Positions 26,874 through 33,795 of a stretch of 33,795 bases of DNA are shown here, piece after piece (within the stretch, counting starts at the first letter, position 1; every line of letters begins with the position of its first letter). A program made the translations under genes and the position numbers. The notes beneath the pieces were generated by a model, which ran no database searches, was not told the origin of the DNA, and saw only the letters and a program-made list of their open reading frames with translations. Source of the stretch: Chitinophagaceae bacterium UBA2467. GTDB lineage: Bacteria; Bacteroidota; Bacteroidia; Chitinophagales; Chitinophagaceae. The stretch spans positions 5,501-39,295 of the forward strand of contig DDPN01000161.1 of the NCBI GenBank assembly GCA_002342205.1. Direction: 5' to 3'.

Positions 26874-27863
26874 TTGAAAATAAAGAGAATTATACAGCGA
26901 ATTTTATTTTTCCTTTTCTGGATAGGAATTGGAACAGGCATGACGTTATTACTGGTCGCTGCAATTGGCCGTCGTAATAAAGAGCGATTCCGTTCTTATA
27001 CGATTGAAATCCAAGGGCACTATGGCGGTGCATTTTTAACGCAGGATTCTGTGGCCAGCTTATTACAAAGTCATACTGCAGGTGTGAGGGGAGAGTTGCT
27101 TTCGCTATTTAATATGCAGCAAGTTGAAATGAAATTGCAGCAACACCCATGGGTTCGAAAAGCACAACTCTATTTTGATAATCAGGATATTCTTCATGTA
27201 CGAATTATAGAAAAGAAACCACTCGCACGCGTATTTACGCAAAATGGAGCATCTAGTTATTTGGATGAGAGGGGTCAGCTGATGCCACTTGCTAGTTTCC
27301 GTACTGTAAAGGTTCCAGTCTTCACAGGCATTCCCGATAGTGCGGGGGTAAAAAATAAGGATAGCCTGCTACTCATTCAAATGCGTGATATGGCGCAGCT
27401 GATTGTTAATGATAGTTTTTGGAACGCACAAGTGGCACAGATTGATCGAACAGTTGATCAGAATTGGGAACTGGTACCGGTTGTAGGTGATCATATTGTG
27501 AAATTGGGTCAAGCAACTGATTTTCCTGCACAATTAAAAAAGTTATTCATCTTTTATAAGCAAGTATTGGTGAAGTCAGGGTTTAATCGATATCGAACCG
27601 TTGATCTCCGATTCGATAACCAAGTAGTAGCCGGTTATGGAGTGGGTCCACAGGTTGATTCCATCCAATTGCGAAAAAGTGTACAGCAACTCTTACAGCA
27701 ATCTCGTTTGGCAGATCTGGATACTTCAATTCGTTATTTGCCAAAGCCTTTGCAGCCATTGTTGAAAGATGATACCATTTCCGTTACTACCGAGTTAAAA
27801 AATAGTTTACCAATCGATACATCTGTTAGTATACAAAAACCCACAAAAAAAATAAACAACTAA
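26874..27863 (+). CDS. ftsQ: Cell division protein FtsQ/DivIB
   Basis: N-terminal TM, POTRA-like 'E.KL..HPWVRKA', DLRFDNQVV, located between murC and ftsA; TTG start. Confidence 0.85.
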   Translation: MKIKRIIQRILFFLFWIGIGTGMTLLLVAAIGRRNKERFRSYTIEIQGHYGGAFLTQDSVASLLQSHTAGVRGELLSLFNMQQVEMKLQQHPWVRKAQLYFDNQDILHVRIIEKKPLARVFTQNGASSYLDERGQLMPLASFRTVKVPVFTGIPDSAGVKNKDSLLLIQMRDMAQLIVNDSFWNAQVAQIDRTVDQNWELVPVVGDHIVKLGQATDFPAQLKKLFIFYKQVLVKSGFNRYRTVDLRFDNQVVAGYGVGPQVDSIQLRKSVQQLLQQSRLADLDTSIRYLPKPLQPLLKDDTISVTTELKNSLPIDTSVSIQKPTKKINN

Positions 27864-27874
27864 AAAACATCCCT

Positions 27875-29251
27875 ATGAACAACCAAAATCCCATCATTGT
27901 AGGTCTTGATATTGGGACAACCAAGATTGCAGTGATTGCCGGCCGTAAAAACGAGTTTGGCAAATTGGAGATCCTTGGATTTGGTAAAGCCAATTCCAAT
28001 GGTGTCAAACATGGTCAGGTCCTAAATATTGATGAGACCATTAAAGCTATTCGTACCGCACTCGACAACTGCTTTGCCTCTAATCCAAATTTGGAAATTG
28101 GCGAGGTGTATGTGGGAATTGCAGGTCACCACATCAAAAGTTTACAGACGCGCGGAGATATGGTACGCCACCGTACGGATGAAGAGGTTACACAAAAAGA
28201 AATTGATAAGTTGATTGATGATCAGTACAAGACCTATATCCCTGCTGGTGATCAAATCATCGATGTAATTCCGCAAGAGTTTACAGTTGATAATATTCCA
28301 AACATTGCCAATCCGATTGGTTATGGAGGAGTAAAAATTGGAGCTAATTTCCATATCATCACGGGAGATAAAAATGCAATTAGAAATATCAACCGTAGTG
28401 TTGAAAAGGCAGGCTTGTTTACTAAAGATCTAGTGTTACAGCCACTTGCTTCCTCAGCAGCTGTAATGGGACAAGAAGACTTAGAGGCGGGAGTAGCAAT
28501 TGTAGACATTGGGGGTGGTACAACTGACCTTGCCGTATTCAATGAGGGGATACTCAAGCATACAGCCGTGATACCATTTGCAGGTGAAAATATCACGAAT
28601 GATATCAAATCAGGATTAGGGGTATTGCGTACACAGGCGGAACAAATGAAAGTGCAGTTTGGCTCTGCATTAGCAAATGAAGCTAAGTCAAATGCCTATA
28701 TCACTATTCCAGGATTACGCGGAATGCCTGCAAAAGAGATCAGCGTAAAAAATCTAGCTAATATCATTCAAGCTCGTATGAGTGAGATTATGGATTTTGT
28801 GACCTATCATCTCAAGCAGGTGGGATTAGATAACAAGGCACTTAATGGCGGAATCATATTAACCGGTGGAGGTTCCCAATTAAAACACCTAATTCAGCTT
28901 ACGGAGTATGTGACTGGATTGAATGCACGGATTGGATTTCCCAATGAGCATTTGGCTGCAGGGCATATTGAAGAACTGTCTAAACCAACTTACTCTACGT
29001 GTATTGGTTTGATCTTAAAGGGGTATGACGATTTTGAACATAATCGTAAAGAGTTTGATAAAGGATATAGTAAAGTTGATGTTCCTTCTAACCTGCGTAA
29101 AACAGCTAGTGGTGAATTAGAGGCAGTACCTGAAGAAACAGAAATCAGCGAAGAACAAATGAGGAAGCGCCGTAATCTAACTGGCTTCTGGAGCAAATTC
29201 AAAGACCGTATCATCGATTTGTTTAAAGAAGAAGAAGATCGTCATTTATAA
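27875..29251 (+). CDS. ftsA: Cell division protein FtsA
   Basis: GLDIGTTKI, VDIGGGTTD, LTGGGSQL, C-terminal amphipathic helix FWSKFKDRIIDLF. Confidence 0.97.
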   Translation: MNNQNPIIVGLDIGTTKIAVIAGRKNEFGKLEILGFGKANSNGVKHGQVLNIDETIKAIRTALDNCFASNPNLEIGEVYVGIAGHHIKSLQTRGDMVRHRTDEEVTQKEIDKLIDDQYKTYIPAGDQIIDVIPQEFTVDNIPNIANPIGYGGVKIGANFHIITGDKNAIRNINRSVEKAGLFTKDLVLQPLASSAAVMGQEDLEAGVAIVDIGGGTTDLAVFNEGILKHTAVIPFAGENITNDIKSGLGVLRTQAEQMKVQFGSALANEAKSNAYITIPGLRGMPAKEISVKNLANIIQARMSEIMDFVTYHLKQVGLDNKALNGGIILTGGGSQLKHLIQLTEYVTGLNARIGFPNEHLAAGHIEELSKPTYSTCIGLILKGYDDFEHNRKEFDKGYSKVDVPSNLRKTASGELEAVPEETEISEEQMRKRRNLTGFWSKFKDRIIDLFKEEEDRHL

Positions 29252-29292
29252 ACTACTTACTAACCCATTCAATAATTCGTAAACTAACTTCC

Positions 29293-31131
29293 ATGATTCA
29301 ATTTGATTTACCCACAGACAAATCATCTATCATTAAAGTGATTGGTGTAGGTGGTGGCGGTAGTAACGCTGTCAATTACATGTTCAATCAACATATAGAG
29401 GGAGTAAATTTTGTGATCTGTAATACAGATGCACAGGCGCTTGCTATAAGCGGAGTTCCTAACCGTGTACAACTGGGCCCCTTTTTAACACAGGGACTTG
29501 GGGCAGGAGCTAATCCCGACATTGGACGACAAGCTACTGAGGAATCGCTCGAAGAGATTCGCCGCATTTTAGAGGTGAATACTAAAATGGTATTTATCAC
29601 CGCCGGAATGGGTGGCGGAACAGGTACAGGAGGAGCGCCGATTGTTGCAAAAATTTGTAAGGAAATGGGTATTCTTACTGTGGGTATTGTAACGACTCCA
29701 TTTGCTTACGAGGGAAAGAAAAGAATGCAACAGGCCGATGAAGGAATTAGACAATTGCGCCAGCAGGTTGACACTTTATTGATCATCAGTAATGATAAAT
29801 TACGTCATCAGTTCGGCAACCTTAAAATGCGTGAAGCTTTTGAAAAAGCAGATAATGTGTTAGCTACTGCTGCACGTTGTATAACGGATGTAATCAATAG
29901 TACAGGACAAATCAACGTGGACTTTGCGGATGTATGTACTGTTATGCGTAACGGGGGTCGTGCTATCTTAGGTCATGCAGAAATGGCCGGACACAACCGC
30001 GCACAACTTGCATTAGAAGAAGCTATCAATTCTCCTTTGTTAAATGATAATGACATCTTGGGTGCAAAATGGATTTTAATCAATATCAATTCTGCACGCG
30101 GTGAACATGAATTCACAATGGATGAGGTGGAAATCATTCAAGAATTATTATTAACTAAAGCAGGTCCAAATACCGATGTTATTTTGGGAATGGGTTATGA
30201 TGATACTCTTGGCGATAAGTTAGGTATCACGCTCATTGCAACTGGTTTTGAACACAAGGACGTCATTCCACAACCCACTGTTGCTCGCGCAAAAGTTCAG
30301 GAAGAAGAAAAAATAGTAATGGTTCTAGGTCAGCCTGAAGTAAGCCCGGTTGCGGAAGTTGTTGCTCCTGTTGTAGCAGAGGAGGTTGTCAACACACCCA
30401 CAGAGGAAGTTGATGCTCCAGTTGCGCCTGAGTCGACTGCGAGCGTTGAGCCACTTACAATGGATCCATTAATGCCTACATTGGTTGAGACACAGCCTGA
30501 ACCTGTTGTTGAGTTGATCAAAGAAACGGAGGCAACTTTTTTGGCAGCTGCAGTAATTATGCCTGAGCCCGTTGCAGAAGCAGTAGCTTCTGGTGGATAT
30601 CTGGCAAAGCCTGCTAATATTTATGCATCAGCTGAAGCATCAAATGAAGAGCCTGTTTCAATGGCAGTTAGTTCTTCATCTCCAGTGATTCCAACGCAGG
30701 TTGAAGAAAAAATTGATACAGCGCCTGCGCCGCTTGCGATTATTGAGCGTGAGCCTGAGGAGGCTATGGAAATGCGACTTATTGAAAGAGAAGAAGAGGT
30801 ACTTCCTCCGTCTCCGGTTTTGTATGAATTGCATAGCGCACCAAAGCCTGAAATTGTGGAGCCTGCCCCTTTTGATGAATCAGAAGCACAGGAGCGTCGC
30901 GCTGCAGAACGTTTACAGAAGTTAAGAAATCTTTCCTTCAATGTAAATACTGCAGATCCTAACAATGAATTTGAAACAATTCCTGCGTACATCCGTCGGA
31001 ATATGGAAATGTATAATAGTAAGGCGCAGATCGAAAATTTTTACAGCAGTTATGAGGTAAAGGAGGATTCCTCTAAACAGGGTCCCATCAGCACGCTGAA
31101 TAGTTTTTTGGATGGAAAGAAGCCTGATTGA
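29293..31131 (+). CDS. ftsZ: Cell division protein FtsZ (long C-terminal linker)
   Basis: GVGGGGSNA, GLGAGA, GGGTGTG, NVDFADV, IPAYIRR. Confidence 0.98.
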   Translation: MIQFDLPTDKSSIIKVIGVGGGGSNAVNYMFNQHIEGVNFVICNTDAQALAISGVPNRVQLGPFLTQGLGAGANPDIGRQATEESLEEIRRILEVNTKMVFITAGMGGGTGTGGAPIVAKICKEMGILTVGIVTTPFAYEGKKRMQQADEGIRQLRQQVDTLLIISNDKLRHQFGNLKMREAFEKADNVLATAARCITDVINSTGQINVDFADVCTVMRNGGRAILGHAEMAGHNRAQLALEEAINSPLLNDNDILGAKWILININSARGEHEFTMDEVEIIQELLLTKAGPNTDVILGMGYDDTLGDKLGITLIATGFEHKDVIPQPTVARAKVQEEEKIVMVLGQPEVSPVAEVVAPVVAEEVVNTPTEEVDAPVAPESTASVEPLTMDPLMPTLVETQPEPVVELIKETEATFLAAAVIMPEPVAEAVASGGYLAKPANIYASAEASNEEPVSMAVSSSSPVIPTQVEEKIDTAPAPLAIIEREPEEAMEMRLIEREEEVLPPSPVLYELHSAPKPEIVEPAPFDESEAQERRAAERLQKLRNLSFNVNTADPNNEFETIPAYIRRNMEMYNSKAQIENFYSSYEVKEDSSKQGPISTLNSFLDGKKPD

Positions 31132-31178
31132 TATTTACTTCAAAAGTGATTCAATAGTGTGGGTCTGTTTTTAGTTGT

Positions 31179-31207
31179 ACCTCCCGGTTTTGTCCGGGAG
31201 GTTTTTT
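31179..31207 (+). terminator. Intrinsic terminator ending the dcw operon
   Basis: ACCTCCCGG-ttttgt-CCGGGAGGT followed by a T run. Confidence 0.9.
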
Positions 31208-31228
31208 ATGTATAGCCTCTTCTAACCG

Positions 31229-31236
31229 TACCTTTG
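31229..31236 (+). promoter_or_regulatory. -7 element TACCTTTG for the TIGR01777 gene
   Basis: Exact TAnnTTTG 10 nt before ATG 31247 and downstream of the dcw terminator. Confidence 0.65.
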
Positions 31237-31246
31237 TTTGTCAATT

Positions 31247-32176
31247 ATGGAAACAGTTTTAATTGCAGGTGGAACCGGTCTGGTTGGTCAGGCTTTGACA
31301 AATCAACTTTTGTCGCAAGGGGTACATGTGATTTTATTGACCCGTTCAATTTCTTCAGCCAAGAAAAAATTTTCAGAACATCCTCTTCTAGAATACGCTG
31401 TTTGGGATCCGGCAAAGAAAAGTATTGATCAAACACTATTTTCACGTGTTCAGCATATTGTCAATCTTGCCGGGGCTGGGGTTGCTGATAAACGTTGGAG
31501 TGATGCCCGAAAAAAAGAAATTTCTGAAAGTCGCATACAAGCCGGAGAATTGATTGCAGCGCAATTGCTAAATCACTCACATACTGTTAAAACCTACATA
31601 GGTGCTTCTGCTATTGGTTGGTATGGGCCCGATCCTTCTAACCATCGTGCAGGTTTTATCGAAACAGACCCTGCGTACACAGATTTTTTGGGGACTACCT
31701 GTGAAAAGTGGGAGGCTAGTGCTGCTTCGTTGCATCATATTGGAATTCGTTGTGTCACTTTTCGAATTGGGATCGTGCTGACACCAAAGGGCGGGGCACT
31801 TCGAGAGTTTTTAAAACCATTGAACTTTGGAATAGCAACTATATTAGGAACAGGCAAACAAGTGGTGAGTTGGATTCATCTCCAGGACCTGGTTTCTCTT
31901 TTTACGTTTGCCATTTACCATCCACCAGTGAAAGGTATCTATAATGCTGTAGCTCCTCAGCCTGTATCTAATCATGAATTGATTCGCACATTGGCGTGGG
32001 CACGGGGTCGGTTTTTCTTTCCTCTAAGGGTTCCTGCTTTTGTATTAAAGGTTGTGATGGGTGAAATGAGTATTGAGGTTCTCAAAAGCACAACGGTCAG
32101 TGCAGAAAAAATTTCACAGGAAGGGTTTCAATTTCGATATCCTTCTATCCGTGAAGCGCTCTCTTCTTTTTTTTAA
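31247..32176 (+). CDS. TIGR01777 family NAD-dependent epimerase/oxidoreductase (YfcH-like)
   Basis: GGTGLVG, VNLAGA...RW...K..I..SRI, ASAIGWYG, FL...C..WE, RIGIVL, G.Q..SWIH..D. ATG 31247 preferred. Confidence 0.9.
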   Translation: METVLIAGGTGLVGQALTNQLLSQGVHVILLTRSISSAKKKFSEHPLLEYAVWDPAKKSIDQTLFSRVQHIVNLAGAGVADKRWSDARKKEISESRIQAGELIAAQLLNHSHTVKTYIGASAIGWYGPDPSNHRAGFIETDPAYTDFLGTTCEKWEASAASLHHIGIRCVTFRIGIVLTPKGGALREFLKPLNFGIATILGTGKQVVSWIHLQDLVSLFTFAIYHPPVKGIYNAVAPQPVSNHELIRTLAWARGRFFFPLRVPAFVLKVVMGEMSIEVLKSTTVSAEKISQEGFQFRYPSIREALSSFF

Positions 32177-33795
32177 TTGCGAATCGGTCTACCGGTTGTT
32201 AAGACACTCTGAATTCGCTCCAATGTTTTTTTCTCTCCACATAGTGAAAGAAATGCTTCACGCTCCAGATCCAATAGATATTGTTCATCAACTTTTGTAG
32301 GTTCGCTCAGCTCTCCACCGCACATTACATAAGCTAATTTTTTTGCAACTAATGCATCGTGATCTGTGGCATAACCTGCTGTTTTCATTGCGTGTATTCC
32401 TGCATATAACGGACCAAGACCGGCTTTACCTAACACCGGTATAGATTTTTTCTCAACGGGTCTGCTGTATCCTGATTTTTGTATGTTAAGAACCGATTGT
32501 TTGGCCGCAGCGATTCGTCGATTTGTATTTAGAATAACTTCATCTACTCCATTTCTATAAATTCCCATGGTAAAGCCTTCCTGTGCAGAGGTAGCCACTT
32601 TTGCAGTTGCAATATGCATGAATCTATTTTTCAAGGTTACTGTTTCTGGCTCATCTGCATGCATTTCCTCGCCAGCACGCAATACAAATTCTTTTGTTCC
32701 TCCTCCACCTGGTATCAAGCCTACGCCTAATTCTACTAGGCCTGAATAGGTTTCTGCAGTGGGGCAGCATTTATCTGCGTGTAGATTTAATTCACAACCG
32801 CCGCCTAATGTCAAACCATGCGGAGCAACCACTACAGGTATTCCGGAGTAGCGCACGCGCATCATCGTTTGTTGAAAATAACGGATGGCTACATTCAATT
32901 CATCATATTCTTGTTCAATTGCCATCATAAATATCATTCCCACATTAGCACCCGCAGAAAAATTTGCGCCTTCGTTTGCAATGACCAAGCCCTGAAAACC
33001 TTCCTCGGCTTTCTCTACTGCGGTTTGTATTCCTGCTAACACATCGGCTCCTATACTTCCCATTTTTGTGTTCCACTGTAATCCTAATACATCATCACCC
33101 AGGTCAAATAATTTGCAAGAACTATTTTTCCATACAAGATTTTTTGCATGGTGCGTCATCACTAAAAAGTCAGTCCCTCCTGGAAGCTCTTTATAATCTC
33201 CGGAGAGGGGATCATAACATAGTCTTTTTCCATTTTGTGACTTATAAAAATGGGTATTCCCCTTGTTGATCATTTCTTTGACCCAGGGCGCTACGCTAGA
33301 ACCTCCCTTTTCGATGGCTTCAACTATTTCTTTAACCCCCAATAGATCCCAGGTTTCAAAGGCGCCAATTTCCCAGCCAAAACCTGCTTTCATAGCATCG
33401 TCAACGCGATACAATTCATCACTAATTTCAGGTATCCGGTGTGAGATGTAAGAGAAGAGTAAGGTGTGCAATTGTCTAAAAAACTCACCGGCTTTATCAG
33501 GTGCAGCCTGTAACATTTTGATTCGAGTCGCTAATTCGTCTATAGGTTTAACGGCATCTAGCGAAGCAAATTTTGGTTTTACTCTTGGTTTATATTCTAA
33601 CGTAGAGAGATTTAAGGTTAAGATCTCTTTTTTTCCTTCTGCTGTTTTTGTTTTTTGAAAAAATCCTTTTCCTGTTTTATCTCCTAGCCAATTATTCGCA
33701 ACCATTTTTGTTAGCCACTCCGGAATAGTAAAAAGCGAGCGGGCCTCATCTGTAGGGCAGTTATCGGCCACTCCTTTTGCAACTTTCACTAAAGT
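32173..33795 (-). CDS. 3-hydroxyacyl-CoA dehydrogenase / enoyl-CoA hydratase fusion (FadN-like), C-terminal part (5' end beyond window)
   Basis: LGDKTGKGF, DDAMKAGFGWEIGAFE, NFSAGAN, LGGGCE, GLVELGVGLIPGGGG, LDLEREAF. The frame is open to base 33795. Confidence 0.9.
   Translation of the reverse strand, partial: TLVKVAKGVADNCPTDEARSLFTIPEWLTKMVANNWLGDKTGKGFFQKTKTAEGKKEILTLNLSTLEYKPRVKPKFASLDAVKPIDELATRIKMLQAAPDKAGEFFRQLHTLLFSYISHRIPEISDELYRVDDAMKAGFGWEIGAFETWDLLGVKEIVEAIEKGGSSVAPWVKEMINKGNTHFYKSQNGKRLCYDPLSGDYKELPGGTDFLVMTHHAKNLVWKNSSCKLFDLGDDVLGLQWNTKMGSIGADVLAGIQTAVEKAEEGFQGLVIANEGANFSAGANVGMIFMMAIEQEYDELNVAIRYFQQTMMRVRYSGIPVVVAPHGLTLGGGCELNLHADKCCPTAETYSGLVELGVGLIPGGGGTKEFVLRAGEEMHADEPETVTLKNRFMHIATAKVATSAQEGFTMGIYRNGVDEVILNTNRRIAAAKQSVLNIQKSGYSRPVEKKSIPVLGKAGLGPLYAGIHAMKTAGYATDHDALVAKKLAYVMCGGELSEPTKVDEQYLLDLEREAFLSLCGEKKTLERIQSVLTTGRPIRN

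Noticed and set aside
19726-27852. Other A8 runs in murE, murC and ftsQ as slippage or phase-variation sites
   Set aside because: Lys codons in an AT-rich genome within essential genes, lacking the domain-boundary and double-stop context seen in dnaX.
31247-32176. TIGR01777 gene as part of the dcw operon or a SulA-like division inhibitor
   Set aside because: Separated from ftsZ by a strong terminator and has its own -7 element. The 'division inhibitor' label often attached to this family is not supported by anything visible here.

Overview
Core housekeeping region of a Bacteroidota chromosome, most likely Chitinophagales. The assignment is inferred from the ubiE-porT pair, the stand-alone atpDC with a short epsilon, TAnnTTTG-type promoters and the dcw layout. 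Left to right: truncated comM (missed by the ORF track), porT, ubiE/menG, yihA/engB, a YkuK-like RNase H-fold protein, a CoA-binding protein, a secreted metallophosphoesterase/beta-propeller fusion, pdhC, dnaX, a YghO-like GNAT protein (candidate ceramide synthase), atpD-atpC, an orphan sensor kinase, queA, the mraZ-to-ftsZ dcw cluster, a TIGR01777 oxidoreductase and a truncated FadN-like enzyme. I see no mobile element, CRISPR array, RNA gene or defence island, and I cannot support a new multi-gene system. The best signals are sub-genic. (1) dnaX has an A10 run followed directly by stops in both alternative frames and preceded by a hairpin that contains an SD-like AGGGAG, a likely tau/gamma recoding site. 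(2) A helically phased array of DnaA boxes, a dyad element and MraZ boxes lie between queA and mraZ. (3) Several -7 promoter elements abut start codons, suggesting leaderless mRNAs. (4) One divergent gene pair has mirror-image 21-bp 5' regions. All calls come from motif reading and family recognition; no database search was run.
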